A stretch of 63,073 nt of DNA, the filler included, from Octopus bimaculoides (taxonomy: Eukaryota): assembly GCF_001194135.2 (NCBI RefSeq). It is 9 parts of 9 records of this genome, joined end to end, with 100 filler letters (N's around TTAATTAATTAA, not from the genome) between each part and the next. Parts side by side here need not be neighbours in the genome. Positions count along the whole stretch, not along the records: positions 1 to 28,764 come from NC_068982.1; 8 more parts are not named here. One strand, written 5' to 3'. The notes beneath the pieces were generated by a model. That model had not been told where the DNA came from. It saw nothing but the letters and a program-made list of their open reading frames with translations, and searched no databases. Below, piece by piece: positions 12,830 to 26,529 of this stretch. Position 1 is the stretch's first letter, and each line of letters begins with the position of its first letter. Position numbers and translations under genes: made by a program.

Positions 12830-13260
12830 AATGCCCACCACCCCCGTAAAACTGCCAGGTCAGAGATTTTATCCATGGACCCGACATGAAATTCCTCCGG
12901 AACTGACCACCTTGTTGATTCTCGCCGACGCCAAGTGTCACCCTGAGAATGTCGTTGCACTCAACTAACCATTCATAGAACGCCAAAGTAGAATTTGCAC
13001 CATCTGCGTTCCTCGACTGCCTGCGAGATGTGATGACACTCGAGATACCAAGCGACTGCCACGGTCTACGCTTAAGCCAACACTATAGACCTGTCAGAGA
13101 TGCGAGATGTTTAACGTCAACCACACATTCTCGCCGTCAAGGAAGCGCTAAAGATGTCGCACCCTCAGTGCATGGCAGTGCCCGTCTTCCACTGTATGCC
13201 CAGTCTGCTACTCAGCACATGTTGACACCGTATCCGCAAAAGTGAAAGAGCTGAACTGAG
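12830..13260 (+). pseudogene. Possible L1/Tx1-type LINE ORF1 (gag-like) remnant
   Basis: GC-rich island. Across frames: HEIPPELTTLL, TLEIPSD, RPVRDARC and CPSSTVCPVCYSAH (knuckle-like). Frameshifted; motif-level resemblance only. Confidence 0.3.
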
Positions 13261-14366
13261 CGAACGCTTACACCGACTCCGTCATACATTACCGCCTGAC
13301 AGTCGTGCTTCGCTCCAACTGTTTAACAGTTCTGCCAGTCGGCTTGCCACCTTACTACCGCTAATAAGTAATAACAATAATGATTTTTCTTTACGTAGTC
13401 CAAATAAACGAGAGAGAGAGTTTTACTGGAATAAATCAAGCACAAAACTTAACTGATGCATTATTCTGTCGATCACGAATGAACGAAAAACAACGTGGAA
13501 ATCATAAATATTTGAACTTAGAAGGCAAAGGAAAAAAAACAACAAATACTTTTAAAAAGTAGACCGAATAACACTGTCTGAATCTCTGTTGAATCTACCT
13601 ACCTGTTGCTGATTGTAACGTTCCCAATAATTTCTGACATACGACAATGTCAAACTATTGTATCAAATACTCGATATCATATATTTTCATGGTTTATAAA
13701 ATATGAAAAAGGCATCATACACATACACAGGCACGCGAACACGCACAGATACACATATACATCAGTGTTTGTAGTTTACAATACATGTATGTATGTATTA
13801 TGCATGCATGTATGTATGTATGTATGTATGTATATATATATNNNNNNNNNNNNNNNNNNNNNNNNNNNNNNNNNNNNNNNNNNNNNNNNNNNNNNNNNNN
13901 NNNNNNNNNNNNNNNNNNNNNNNNNNNNNNNNNNNNNNNNNNNNNNNNNNNNNNNNNNNNNNNNNNNNNNNNNNNNNNNNNNNNNNNNNNNNNNNNNNNN
14001 NNNNNNNNNNNNNNNNNNNNNNNNNNNNNNNNNNNNNNNNNNNNNNNNNNNNNNNNNNNNNNNNNNNNNNNNNNNNNNNNNNNNNNNNNNNNNNNNNNNN
14101 NNNNNNNNNNNNNNNNNNNNNNNNNNNNNNNNNNNNNNNNNNNNNNNNNNNNNNNNNNNNNNNNNNNNNNNNNNNNNNNNNNNNNNNNNNNNNNNNNNNN
14201 NNNNNNNNNNNNNNNNNNNNNNNNNNNNNNNNNNNNNNNNNNNNNNNNNNNNNNNNNNNNNNNNNNNNNAGGTATGCATATTTATAGAAGTGTGCACATA
14301 CATAAACGTCCGTAAAAGGTTTCTATTTGTGTTTATGAGTGTGTGAAAAGATAGATAGATAGATAC

Positions 14367-14397
<31 letters not shown>

Positions 14398-14972
14398 GAT
14401 ATATAGAACTCCCTCCTTTTCAGTATCACCTCACCATTTCCTTTCTTTTACTCTACAATGTCGACACGTTTCCTGTCAAGTGTTATAGGGATTGGAACAA
14501 TTTTTCGTAACTCTTAAGACTTCGCAGCGCAACTGTTTCCTTAAACCGTTACAACAGTGAGACATGCAACCACATCGTATTCACTCGATATGCGGTCATC
14601 CTTCATTTCTATCAATACGTACTTCCGTTTCCTTTCTGTTACTATTAATATGAAATGGAGAAGAGAGCTAAATCATTTATTTCTTTATTATATTCACAAG
14701 TATGCATATGCACATATATTATGTATATATGTAGTTATGGTTATGTGCATATATATATATATATTCATGTATATATATATAAATACATATATATATATTC
14801 ATATATATATAGATACATATATATAGATATATATGTATAAATAGNNNNNNNNNNNNNNNNNNNNNNNNNNNNNNNNNNNNNNNNNNNNNNNNNNNNNNNN
14901 NNNNNNNNNNNNNNNNNNNNNNNNNNNNNNNNNNNNNNNNNNNNNNNNNNNNNNNNNNNNNNNNNNNNNNNN

Positions 14973-15009
<37 letters not shown>

Positions 15010-15206
15010 CTATATATATATTCATGCATATATATATATACATATATATACATATATATTCATGTATATATATATAAATACATATATATATATTCATATA
15101 TATATAGATACATATATATAGATATATATGTATAAATAGGAATATATATATATAGATATGGTTATCTATTTATGTATGCATATAAATGTACATAGTAATG
15201 TGCGTG

Positions 15207-15240
<34 letters not shown>

Positions 15241-15295
15241 AAAATACACATATATGACATATGTGTAAATATGCATACATACGTATGTCTGTCTG

Positions 15296-15336
<41 letters not shown>

Positions 15337-15863
15337 NNNNNNNNNNATATATATATATATATATATATAATGCATATAATGTTCGAGAATGCAACTAAAC
15401 TGAATGAGAAGAAAACATGAATGTAAAGGTGATTATATTTACGATCCGATTTCTGTAGTTCTATTTGTGTGTCTTCCCTAATCAATGAAAAGTATTCTGC
15501 ATTTCATCATTCATTCCTTGTCTTAATAAATGGCTTCACATATATTGTAAGAAGGAGAATGTGATGGTATGATAGCCATGCCTTTCTTAATAGTATTATG
15601 AATGAGGAGGTTATGATATTAACTGCTTAGACAGAAATATCTCGAAAAAGCAGAATAGCTACATCGCCGGACTCGATTTACAGCTACATCTCGAGTCCCT
15701 ACATGGACTTAAGTCACCCTTTTCCTTTATTTGTATTCATGCATAGATGTATTTGCAAGTATATATGTGTGCCTATGCATGCATTTGAGTATTTGTGTAT
15801 GTATGTATGTATTTATATATATAAATATATATATATAACATAACGTATATGTCAATGATTTTC

Positions 15864-15884
15864 TTCTTCTTCTTCTTCTTCTTC

Positions 15885-15945
<61 letters not shown>

Positions 15946-16166
15946 GGCAGTGAGCTGACAGAATCGTTAGCAATCCGGGCAAAATGCTTAGCGGCATTTC
16001 GTCCGCCCTTACATTCTCAGTTCAAATTCCGCCGAGGTCGATTTGCCATTCCTACTTCTGCGTCGATGAAATGGGTACTAGTTACGCACTGGGGTCAATG
16101 AAATCACTAGCCTCCTCCCGCAAATTTCAGGCGTTGCACTAATAATAGAAAGTGTTGTTGTTGTTG

Positions 16167-16200
<34 letters not shown>

Positions 16201-16359
16201 GGCGGTGTGTTGGCAGAATCGTTAGCACCCTCGACGAATGCGTAGGGGTTTTTCGCTCCTTGCTACGTTACGCACTGGGGTCTATATAGTCGATTAGCCC
16301 CCTTCCTCCAAAACTTTCGAGGCCTTGGACCTACAGAAGAAATAATAATAATAATAATA

Positions 16360-16400
<41 letters not shown>
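15864..16400 (+). mobile_element. Two SINE family B copies (about 15945-16151; 16200-16340) embedded in (TTC)/(TTA)/(TTG)/(AAT) microsatellites
   Basis: Heads aggcagtgagctgacagaatcgttagc and ggcggtgtgttggcagaatcgttagc. Second copy is internally deleted. Confidence 0.85.
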
Positions 16401-16403
<3 letters not shown>

Positions 16404-16479
16404 TTTTATTATAATAATTTAGTTGGCAGGCATTTCATCTTTAAGTTTGGTGACAGTAAGTTTGCTCAAATTTCGAGAA

Positions 16480-16750
16480 TCTTAGGATTCTTGCAGAATA
16501 TACGGAGGCACTTTGCTGCGGGGTGACAATGTGATTTTCAATTCCAATCTCTTTCAGTCTTTTTACATGACACTGTATGTGTTGTATCAAAATACACCAA
16601 AATACCACAAGAATAATTGTTGTCTTAGTCTTCCGCAGTTTCCTCTGCTCTCTGATGAGGTCTTGACTTTTGCTCAATTTTTCTCAATTTCTTTGGTGCC
16701 GACTCATTCCACATAGGGAATTGCAAAATCGATGATCTTATATTGATTGT
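16480..16750 (-). pseudogene. Dong/R4-clade LINE C-terminal restriction-like endonuclease (RLE) remnant
   Basis: Minus strand reads YKIIDFAIP..*VGTKEIEK / LSKSQDLIREQRKL...TTIILVVF / LKEIGIENHIVTPQQSA..YSARILR, matching the RLE signature IIDIAIP...KEKEK..KYQDL..E...W...IPIVIGALG...LQK.A...TARILR. Confidence 0.7.
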
Positions 16751-17041
16751 TTATTTTGTCCTTTATAATCATATCTGTTCTTCTTACTCGATATATGATC
16801 AGTCTTTGTAGGGAAGGCAGAATATGACGTAATTCTCATTTTCTATCATAGCCTCTGGTTCGTGATCATACCACTTTTCATTTATTTTGAAGCTACACAC
16901 TAGGCTAACATTCCAATGCACTCTTTCTCCCTCATAGTCATGTCTGCGCTTATACTTGTAAATTCTCATTTTGGTATTTTTTAATCGAGACTTTGAAATA
17001 TTTATATATGGGCAAACACCCATATAAAATTTCCTTATCGA

Positions 17042-17081
<40 letters not shown>

Positions 17082-17678
17082 TAAGACTTTAACTCTTATT
17101 TCTAGCAGGTAGATGCTCGTTAAGCATCATTACGCTTTGTGCAAATTTATAATTTATAGCTATTTAATGCTATTAAATCTGCGATCCACCTATGTTACTG
17201 CTGGTGATATCATCAATTTTAGAATTTATCCACAGATGATATGAACAGTAGTAACATCTGATTTCAAATCTCAGTGTTTGAATGTTTCATATATATATAT
17301 ANNNNNNNNNNNNNNNNNNNNNNNNNNNNNNNNNNNNNNNNNNNNNNNNNNNNNNNNNNNNNNNNNNNNNNNNNNNNNNNNNNNNNNNNNNNNNNNNNNN
17401 NNNNNNNNNNNNNNNNNNNNNNNNNNNNNNNNNNNNNNNNNNNNNNNNNNNNNNNNNNNNNNNNNNNNNNNNNNNNNNNNNNNNNNNNNNNNNNNNNNNN
17501 NNNNNNNNNNNNNNNNNNNNNNNNNNNNNNNNNNNNNNNNNNNNNNNNNNNNNNNNNNNNNNNNNNNNNNNNNNNNNNNNNNNNNNNNNNNNNNNNNNNN
17601 NNNNNNNNNNNNNNNNNNNNNNNNNNNNNNNNNNNNNNNNNNNNNNNNNNNNNNNNNNNNNNNNNNNNNNNNNNNNNN

Positions 17679-17749
<71 letters not shown>

Positions 17750-17751
<2 letters not shown>

Positions 17752-17886
17752 CGACGGGCTTCTTTCAGCTTCCGTCTATCAAATCCACTCAGAAGGCTAT
17801 GGTCGGCCCGATGCTATAGTAGAAAATACTTGCCGAAGGTGCCACGCAGTGGCACTTATCCGGAACTTTGTGGTTGGTAAGCAAGC
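17750..17886 (-). mobile_element. SINE family A, 5' half
   Basis: gacgggctctttcagcttccgtctatcaaatccactc...gtggttggtaagcaagcta. Confidence 0.85.
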
Positions 17887-18269
17887 TATTTTATTTCAAT
17901 AAATTCGCCATTGGCGGCGTTACATAGAGGGGACAAACAAAGACAGACAAACATAAAGTAGCTGCGGGCTGGACATAGACATTAATGAGATGAGGGTGAT
18001 AAGGATGAAACAAATAATGAGAGAAGCGCTTATCATTATGGCCCCTCGAAACCATTGTTCTATTTTTCCTTTAAAAAAGATACTTATGAGGTTGTAAACC
18101 TCTTACCCTATCAATATTACAAAGTTTACACAATTTCAATATATTACAAATTGAGGCTATAAACCTCTTAGTTTACAATTTGGTCTTTGAACTGAGGCAC
18201 TTGCTTCTTACTCTTTTCGATTTCAGGGCCAGAAGCCCTATCAATATGAGGCACTAGTTCTCTTTCATT

Positions 18270-18600
18270 TTACCGTCCGGCCATCTTCAGTGCTTCTCTC
18301 AAGGACAATGATGGATATGGGCCAGGCCACTCCGCGAACCAGAATTCGCCGATGGGGAAAGAATTCACCACCACGCATATGTCGTTATCTGGCACGACCT
18401 CCACAGTCACCTGCGGAAGCCAGTCAGGATCCTCAGCACAGGGGAAGATTCCCTCCCTCCGACCCTTCCTAGTGCGCTTCTCCACAAATTTGTGTACGGC
18501 TCCTCCCTTGCGGGACAGGACTAGCCATTCCTGTTCCTCACAGGGCGAGCCCACAGCTTCTACTGTCGGCGGCACAATTCCCGCCGACAGGTTGCCTCCG
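18270..18600 (-). pseudogene. GC-rich LINE coding remnant (clade uncertain, L1/Tx1-like)
   Basis: GC-rich, open for about 110 codons (EQEWLVLSRKGGAVHKFVEKRTRKGRREG...VNSFPIGEFWFAEWPGPYPSLSLREALKMA). Abuts a SINE-A head fragment at 18598-18635. No splice architecture. Confidence 0.35.
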
Positions 18601-19277
18601 TTGGTAAGCAAGCTACTTACCACACAGCTACTCCTGCTATTGATAACAATTTTTTTGGCCTGATTTGAGTTTGTATACTTGTTTTTATAGGTCTCTATCT
18701 GTGTGAATTGTTAGTTTATTAAGTTACGTGTTTGTTCGTGATTATATACGTGTGTATATTTTAATTTCTAATCTTCTGTATCAACACGGTAAGTTTTGTA
18801 TTGTAAATCCCAATAGGACTAATCTCAATAAAATATTTTTCTAGAAACTTTGTGATATTGATTTTCATTAAACACTTTTTTGCGTTCTGTACAGTCCAAT
18901 TCAATTTCACGACCCATTAGCAATAAAAATATGAGAATATTAAAAATACAAAATTCTTGTTCAATCTAATATATGTTTTTGACTTTTTAAAAATGATTTT
19001 GTTATCGAAACCAATTGTTTCTTTTCATTTTTTATTCCTATACTTCGTTTCCAATCACGTATTAATCGAACTCTATGCTTATAATTTACTAAGCATTGTA
19101 ACTAAAAAACAAATTCATTGGAAAACATTTATCGGCATTATTCAAATGGAATAATCCCTCATAATGGTGTACCATATTGTTTTGAATTACTTTAAAATAG
19201 AGTTCAAATTCCGTTGAAGTTGAATCTACTGTTTATTTTTTCGGAGTCAATAAAATAAAAACCATTCCAGTACTAGG

Positions 19278-19604
19278 GTGATATCATCGACTCCCTACAC
19301 CCTTCAGAAACTCCAAGCGGCCCTCGTTAGATTTGGAGAGGATGGGGGAAACCATCTCAGTCGGAGAGGATGTAAAGCTGAGAGTCATGGCGGATGCTTT
19401 AAATGCGGCGAAAAAGGTCACATAAAAGCAGATTACCCTCCACCTAGCACAAGGGCACCAAATGTGGAAACCGCACCTCCACCTCCTGCGACGTCATGTG
19501 TGCGGGAGGAGGAGGCGGAGAAAGGAGAAGGGAACCAAGAGGAATGGAGTACACAAGCCAAAAGAGAAAAAGAGGAAAGAAAAGAACTAAGGAAAAAAAT
19601 GTGA
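19278..19604 (+). pseudogene. Retroelement ORF1/gag fragment with degenerate CCHC zinc knuckle
   Basis: GCFKCGEKGHIKADYP fits CX2CX4HX4C with the last Cys changed to Tyr, followed by a Pro-rich then Glu/Lys-rich tail. GC-rich island without introns. Confidence 0.65.
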
Positions 19605-20450
19605 TCCCCAAACTGATCCCTTGCTGTCCCACCATCCTCCTGTAGTCATCAACCCTCAACCTGCACCCCTTCCACCTGACATAATTAACACCTGAGATTT
19701 ACAATTTTCTTAATGATTTATTCTTATCAAATGAGACAATCGGAAAATGTAACAAAAAGTAACCATGGAAGGGAAAGGAATGAGACTCATTTTTAGAAGT
19801 ATGGTGAAAATGCCTTTCAAAATTGTTTAAGAGTTCAGATTATGTCCACAAAAGAACTTAAGTACACCACACAAATATAGTAAATGTTTACCAATTAATC
19901 CATTTTATTCAATACGCTCTTGTTATTGTTGTTTATGATCGCGCATACCCTTACTGATCAAACGAAATGGTCACTGAATTTTATTCATGATATAAGTTAG
20001 AATAATGATGCTGCTATGAATCGAAGCTGTAAAATACACCATTTAATTTAAATGCAACACTATCGCATATGTCAACAACCTAACCAACAAAATTTAAACG
20101 AGAACAAACATATCGAAAACCGATTCTGAGATTGACTAAAGAATACTCTCTGATAGCAAACATTATATTCGAACTTGTTGTCAGTCAATCTGGTCTAACT
20201 TTTAATTAATGTTGTGTCTGCAAGCACTGTTATGCGATAAATCACTATTTTCTAATGACAATTAACGTTAAATGAGGAAATTGTTTATGAAAAACTACAA
20301 ATATTGATAGACACACTTATTGTACTACTCGTGTTAAGATGATTTATTGTGTTCTCCACTTTAGCAGGTATGAACCTCCTTCAATTTGTTTCATTCATTT
20401 TCAATTCTTTTTCCTCTTTATGTCTTATAGAAATGGAATTCCTATCTTCT

Positions 20451-20510
<60 letters not shown>

Positions 20511-20514
20511 GTAT

Positions 20515-20720
20515 ATTGGTTTCAAAATTTGGCACAGAGCCAGCAATTTTGGGGAAGTAGGTTAGTCGATTATGATGACCTAGTCTACAACTTATTTTAT
20601 CGGCACCGAAAGGATGAAAGGCAAAGTCGACCTCGACAGAATTTGAACTCAGAAAGTAAAGGCGAATGAAATACCGCTCAACATTTTACCAGGGGTGGTA
20701 ACGACTCTGCCAGCTCTCTC
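20515..20720 (-). mobile_element. SINE family B
   Basis: aaaggatgaaaggcaaagtcgacctcgacagaatttgaactcag...ctctgccagctc. Confidence 0.85.
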
Positions 20721-21134
20721 TCCCTTATGTGTGTGTGTGTATGTGTGTGCGACTGTATCAGGGCATATCTATAGTGTTTTGCTAACGATCCAGAGATGAA
20801 TTAATGCAAATATAGAGCATAATAGAATACTTAAGCTGACCCAATGTTCTATTCCTCTGGAGTTGTCTCGTCATAGAAACTGCACTGACTTGCCTGTAGA
20901 AGCGGCTGCGCGCTGTGGATAACAATAAATGCAACTGTAACCCGTGTTACTCTAATAGACATCTTCTGTGAATATGTCAGGTGTGCTACAAACCATGCCA
21001 AAGCAATACCTGAAATATTTACAAGCATTTTTCTTCCCCATAGAACTCGAGGTACGTAAATCTATTGATAATAGCTTGGAGAATATCGGGTTCAAATTCC
21101 CTTGCATGGAAAAAACTCGAAACCTGCTCGTACT

Positions 21135-21475
21135 TGCTTCCGGGTTCAGTACCACTGCGTGGCACCTTGGGCAAGTGTCCTCTGCTATAGCCCAGGGTGA
21201 CCAAAGTCTTGTGGGTGAATTTGGTAAACGGAAACTGAAAAAGCCAGTTGTATATATATGTATGTATTTGTGCGTTTCTGTGTTTGTCCCCCCACTACCA
21301 TCACTTGACAACCGATGTAGGTGTGTTTACGTCCACGTAACTTAGCGGTTCGGCAAAAGTGACCGATAGAATAAGTACTAGGCTTACAGAGAATAAGTCC
21401 TGGGCTCGATTTATTCGACTAAAGGCGTCGCTCCAACATGGCCGCAGTCAAGTGACTGAAACAACTAAAAGAAAG
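21135..21475 (+). mobile_element. SINE family A
   Basis: cttccgggttcagtaccactgcgtggcaccttgggcaagtg...gtgactgaaacaactaaaagaaag. Confidence 0.9.
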
Positions 21476-21656
21476 AATAAAAGAATATATAGACACAAGT
21501 ATATAAACACTTACATTTAAGTATATTATTTGTATGTATGTATGTGTAAATATGTGTGTGTGTGTGTGTGTGTTTACACACAAATATATAAACAGATTTA
21601 ATTATATTTGTGTATGTATGTGTGTATATAACTTAAGTGCATTTCTTTTGTTTCTC

Positions 21657-21698
<42 letters not shown>

Positions 21699-22658
21699 TT
21701 ACATACATGCATATACCATATCAACAAACACCTACGAATATTCATATATATTTTCATCATTCACACAAACATATACATTCACGATTTTATGTTCTTTTAT
21801 GTCCGTGTGAGTATAGAGTATATTATGTACATTTGTTTTAATTCTGGCGAAATTTATTAAGATTACGATAAAAAAAAAAAGGAGACATTACATTAATCCT
21901 TCTATTAAATGGAACTGAAATATTTTAGAGACTGCTTTGTTTTCTCAAAGTACCATTATTGAACAATATATTACGACTAAAATCAAATCATTTGTTGTGA
22001 ACTTGTTTTGTATTTGTTACATTAAGTATCAAATCTGATTTCCTTAATTAAATAGACATATAGTCTCTGGATAATGTACCATAATCTGGACGGAGGCAAC
22101 ACTAATATAAAATTATTCGATAATGTGAGGAAATATAGAGCAAACAATTTTCATTGAGATGAATCTCATGCAAGTGTTCAAATCTGAAATATATTTCTTG
22201 CTCAGATAATAAAACGCTGAACGTACAATGTTTCTGACTTGGTGTTGTTAAACTGGTTGTTACGTGTTTATGTATTAAGTGCTGGATATTTCTCCTCTTC
22301 CCCACGATTATCAATGTTTATCACAAGACCGTTTTGTAGGGCGAATGATGGGGCACAGCACATAATTGTGGATTATAAGTAGAAATCTTGTGAAGGAGAA
22401 TGAGGTGATTCGATTTATAAATATAGCCAGTAATGAGACAATTTTGTCTCTAGTAGAGGTAAGCGCTACTGCTGGTAGAGTAGAACTATATAGAACCTAT
22501 TTAAAAGGTAGGGCAATCATTTGTCAGAGTCGATAGAGAGTCGGAGTGATTATTCTGGATTTTTGCTTTCTGAGTTGTAGCCTTCCAATCTTTTGATGTC
22601 AAATGCAGGTTGTTTTCTTTTCTCTTTCTCTCTCTCTCCATATATATATATATATATA

Positions 22659-22703
<45 letters not shown>

Positions 22704-22704
22704 A

Positions 22705-22895
22705 TTATATCAAATTTCAGCACGAGACCAGCAATTTCATGGGAGAGGTTAGTCGACTACACTGACTCCAGTCCTCAACTGGCACTTATTTTATCAACCC
22801 TGAAAGGATTAAAAGCAAAGTCAGCCTAGGCGGAATTTGAACTCAGGATGTGAAGACAGACAAAATGCCGCTAATCATTTTGTCCGGCGTGCAAA
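22705..22895 (-). mobile_element. SINE family B
   Basis: aaaggattaaaagcaaagtcagcctaggcggaatttgaactcagg...aaatgccgctaatcattttgtccggcgtgc. Confidence 0.8.
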
Positions 22896-25067
22896 CAGAA
22901 GTTGCCAATCTGTTTATAAATTCAGTAGCTTCAGAAAACTGGAGTTACTACTTTACACACTTATAAGTATTTAAGTCTCTTTCCCTCTCTATTTCTCTTA
23001 GAATTGAACATGCGCTGAGAGAAGTTGGAAGCCAACTGTCCATAGTGTTCCTTTCTTCCCAAAAATGGAAGACGTTTGGTAATGAAGCTAGCAAACAATG
23101 CGTATTTTGCCTGGTGAAAAAGCGTTCAATGAAACCAGCGTACATGTCTAGCGAGGACAGGCCGATGTGCTACACAGTACGAAACATTAGCAAAATATCT
23201 CCCGCCTACAGCGAAGCGCGGGAGATATTTAATCCAAATTAGAGACATGTGCCTATGAGAAGTTACCTTTTTCTAGAAAAGCACGAACACTTTTTTTAAT
23301 TCACCATCATTAATCGTTGTTTGAACTATGGAAAAGGAACGTTGTTTTATGCAAAAGAATGTAAATATCTATTTGCCTAAGAAATCGCAGATCTCCAATC
23401 AGGAGAAACTGATAATCAACTTGACTAAAATATGAGATCATTTATGATATACACTTACATTATGTTACGAGTATAAGATATTCTCCGAAACATTTTCTTT
23501 ATCGCTCTCCCGTACATTTCAGTACATGGTCGAGGTAAGGGTTTGGTTAAAGAAACTTATAAATATACAAACCAATACCTAAAGTTACAATGACAGAGTA
23601 ATCACTGAAATATGGTATATCCCTCGATCTTAACGTGTGATGAACATGGGCTAAACAAATATTATCTGTGAGTTGTTTACGTGTTCTCCCAGAGTATTAA
23701 ACTGAAAGCAATGCGGTTATTGCATATCCTTGTTTCCGCACATGAGATTTTCATTCAAAAAATTTTAAATCTCTTCAAAAGAGGACCAAAATGTTTGGCA
23801 ACAAGTGGAGCAGCAAGGAAAAACGAGAACGATTTTGATGGTGTACGAAAAATTTATTTCGTAACCTTTCCTCAATTTACAAGATTTTTGGTATATTTTA
23901 TCTGAGCTTGAAAAGGAAATATTTGTTTCCTAAGAATGATCGAATACAAGAAGGTGCCATTTATATTTTCATGCTAGGATTGATATTTATTTGCCATCTA
24001 AGGCGTAAGATATAGACACATTCTTCAATCGTTCAAAGAGGAGTTTGTGCTGGAAATGTTGAACGCAAACATGAGTATAGGAAATAGAAGTCGATTGAAA
24101 TGGCGTTTTATAAGTTCTGATTATTATTCCGTCTGCAGTGTAACGTGTAACTAACATGTGACAATGATACCAACTTGTATGTAGATTTCAAAACAGCAAG
24201 CTGCTAACATTGCCACGTGTTCTTTGATACAGACTTCCGTTTCTTCAATAGAAGAACTAGAATTATATATAATCCTTATCTGATAAATTACCAATTAAAA
24301 TTTACATACCGTTTCTATTTTAAATTCATTCATTATTTTGAATAACAAATTCTATTCACAAGTTTGATTTATTTATAAATTGATGTCCGGACGGTCGATT
24401 CAAATGAAACCAACTTATTTCGTATACAGCAAATGGTGAGATAAATGAATAACAACAGTAGCTTGGTTACAAATAACTTGCTACATCATTTCATCAATAA
24501 CTATGGACACTTTGTGTCAGAAATACCAAAGTATTGTGCTGGTACTAATTTCACCGAATACTATACGGATTAAAGACTACTGGAGCTGATATCAGTCAAG
24601 AAATTGTTGATGAAGACGGAACATTATATATACACTCCAGAAAGTTTTCATACAAGGGGTTACGGCACTCATGTCGAAAATTTAAATGAAGTGGAGGCGC
24701 ATTCCTTATAAATGTCTATCTATAACTATGTATTTCCCTTTCCTTCAATCTTTTTCCCTTTCTCCGTCTACTTCTCTCTCACTAGGCACACACGGGCACA
24801 AACAAACACACACACACANNNNNNNNNNNNNNNNNNNNNNNNNNNNNNNNNNNNNNNNNNNNNNNNNNNNNNNNNNNNNNNNNNNNNNNNNNNNNNNNNN
24901 NNNNNNNNNNNNNNNNNNNNNNNNNNNNNNNNNNNNNNNNNNNNNNNNNNNNNNNNNNNNNNNNNNNNNNNNNNNNNNNNNNNNNNNNNNNNNNNNNNNN
25001 NNNNNNNNNNNNNNNNNNNNNNNNNNNNNNNNNNNNNNNNNNNNNNNNNNNNNNNNNNNNNNNNNNN

Positions 25068-25148
<81 letters not shown>

Positions 25149-25714
25149 ATATGTGTATATATATATCATTTCTATGCCTTACTACCCTTTTCACAGCCTT
25201 CTTATGTGGTTGATTTCTTGTGCGTGGTGGCGTGGTGTAATTTCATATCACCGGTCTTGCATGTGCTTTTTTCTTAGCTGTTGGTTCATTTCCTGCATGA
25301 GCTACACCAGTAGAAATGCATCTCGTGTTGACGTATAGAGCTAAAAAAAAAAAAAACAGACGCATCAGTAGTAGATAAATGACTGGCGGGCTGAGTAAAA
25401 ATTCGTTGTTAATGACGTTATGCGTTTACGAGATTAATGGCTGGTTAGTCACTGTTCTTCTACATATAATTTGAGCGGAAATTTGTGTAAGCATATCGCG
25501 ATGGTGGATAAATATTACTGATGAAGAGCAAATACGCAGAAATCTCATGAAATAGCATTTCCATCTCAGTTACTGGAAAATTTCCATCTACTACTGATAT
25601 ATCTTTGCTTTTTAGGAGTAAGCGTCTATACGATATTAATTCTCATGACGAATATTGCAGCATCGTGGCTTTCTTTTATTATATGTATTTTAAATAAGAT
25701 ATACAAATAGCTTT

Positions 25715-25900
25715 TTGGCGCATGGCATGGTTAGGGCATTCCACACACGATCTAGCAAGCATGATTTGAATTCCTGTGTGGTGCGCTGCGTTCTTGAGCA
25801 AAATACTTCATCTCACGTTGCTCTGCAATCACTTCGACATCTGACGTGTGGTACAACATGCAACTGTTCAGTAACGTCGACTAGATGGAGAGAGTGAGCT
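25715..25900 (+). mobile_element. Degenerate SINE family C
   Basis: ggcgcatggcatggttagggc...tttgaattcc...gttcttgagcaaaatacttcatctcacgttgctc. Confidence 0.65.
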
Positions 25901-26529
25901 AATGTGCGGCAAGAATATTTGATTAGTATAAACAAGTCATTTGTACAGGTGGTTCGGTAAAAGGTGAACGCTCATACGTCGACTTCGATAGAAGAATCCA
26001 TCATATATGTATATATGTAAATATCGAACGATGAAAATGAGTCCTCAATGAAAATGAGTCCTATCCAATTGGTGGATAGAATTTCTTTATTTTTGAATTA
26101 AGGCTATCATTGTTTTCATGTTAAGGAAAATAGAAAGATATCTTAATATCTTAATTTTTGAAGCCGATCACATGGAGGAATGGTATTCGTCTCCATTTTG
26201 GATAAAAAAGCACAACGTCTCGTTGAATTCGCGGAGATTCTTGTAAAGAAAACAATAAATCAAGGAGCGATACTCTTGGTTGACATCTTTAGAGTGGATA
26301 TCTCCTTTGGATTTGACTTTTAGGCAAACAGTCATGTTGAGTGGTAAATATGTTTTCATAATCTTGTTATATCCTAGGTGTATGAGATGTTTGTATGGTT
26401 ATATGCTGTGGTTGTTCGTCATGGGGGAATATTTCTTCTGTGGATGGAGTTCGTGTGTTGTGTATATTCAAATTTCATGATTAGGAAAGGGATTCTCTTA
26501 ATGGGATTAGCCTCACAGGTGGTAGTTCC

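Noticed and set aside
12543-12986. 147-aa minus-strand ORF
   Set aside because: TTG start, no recognisable domain, and it overlaps the antisense of a probable LINE ORF1 remnant.
14745-15140. Direct duplication of about 95 bp of TA-rich sequence on both sides of a gap
   Set aside because: Most likely overlapping contig ends left unmerged; low complexity.
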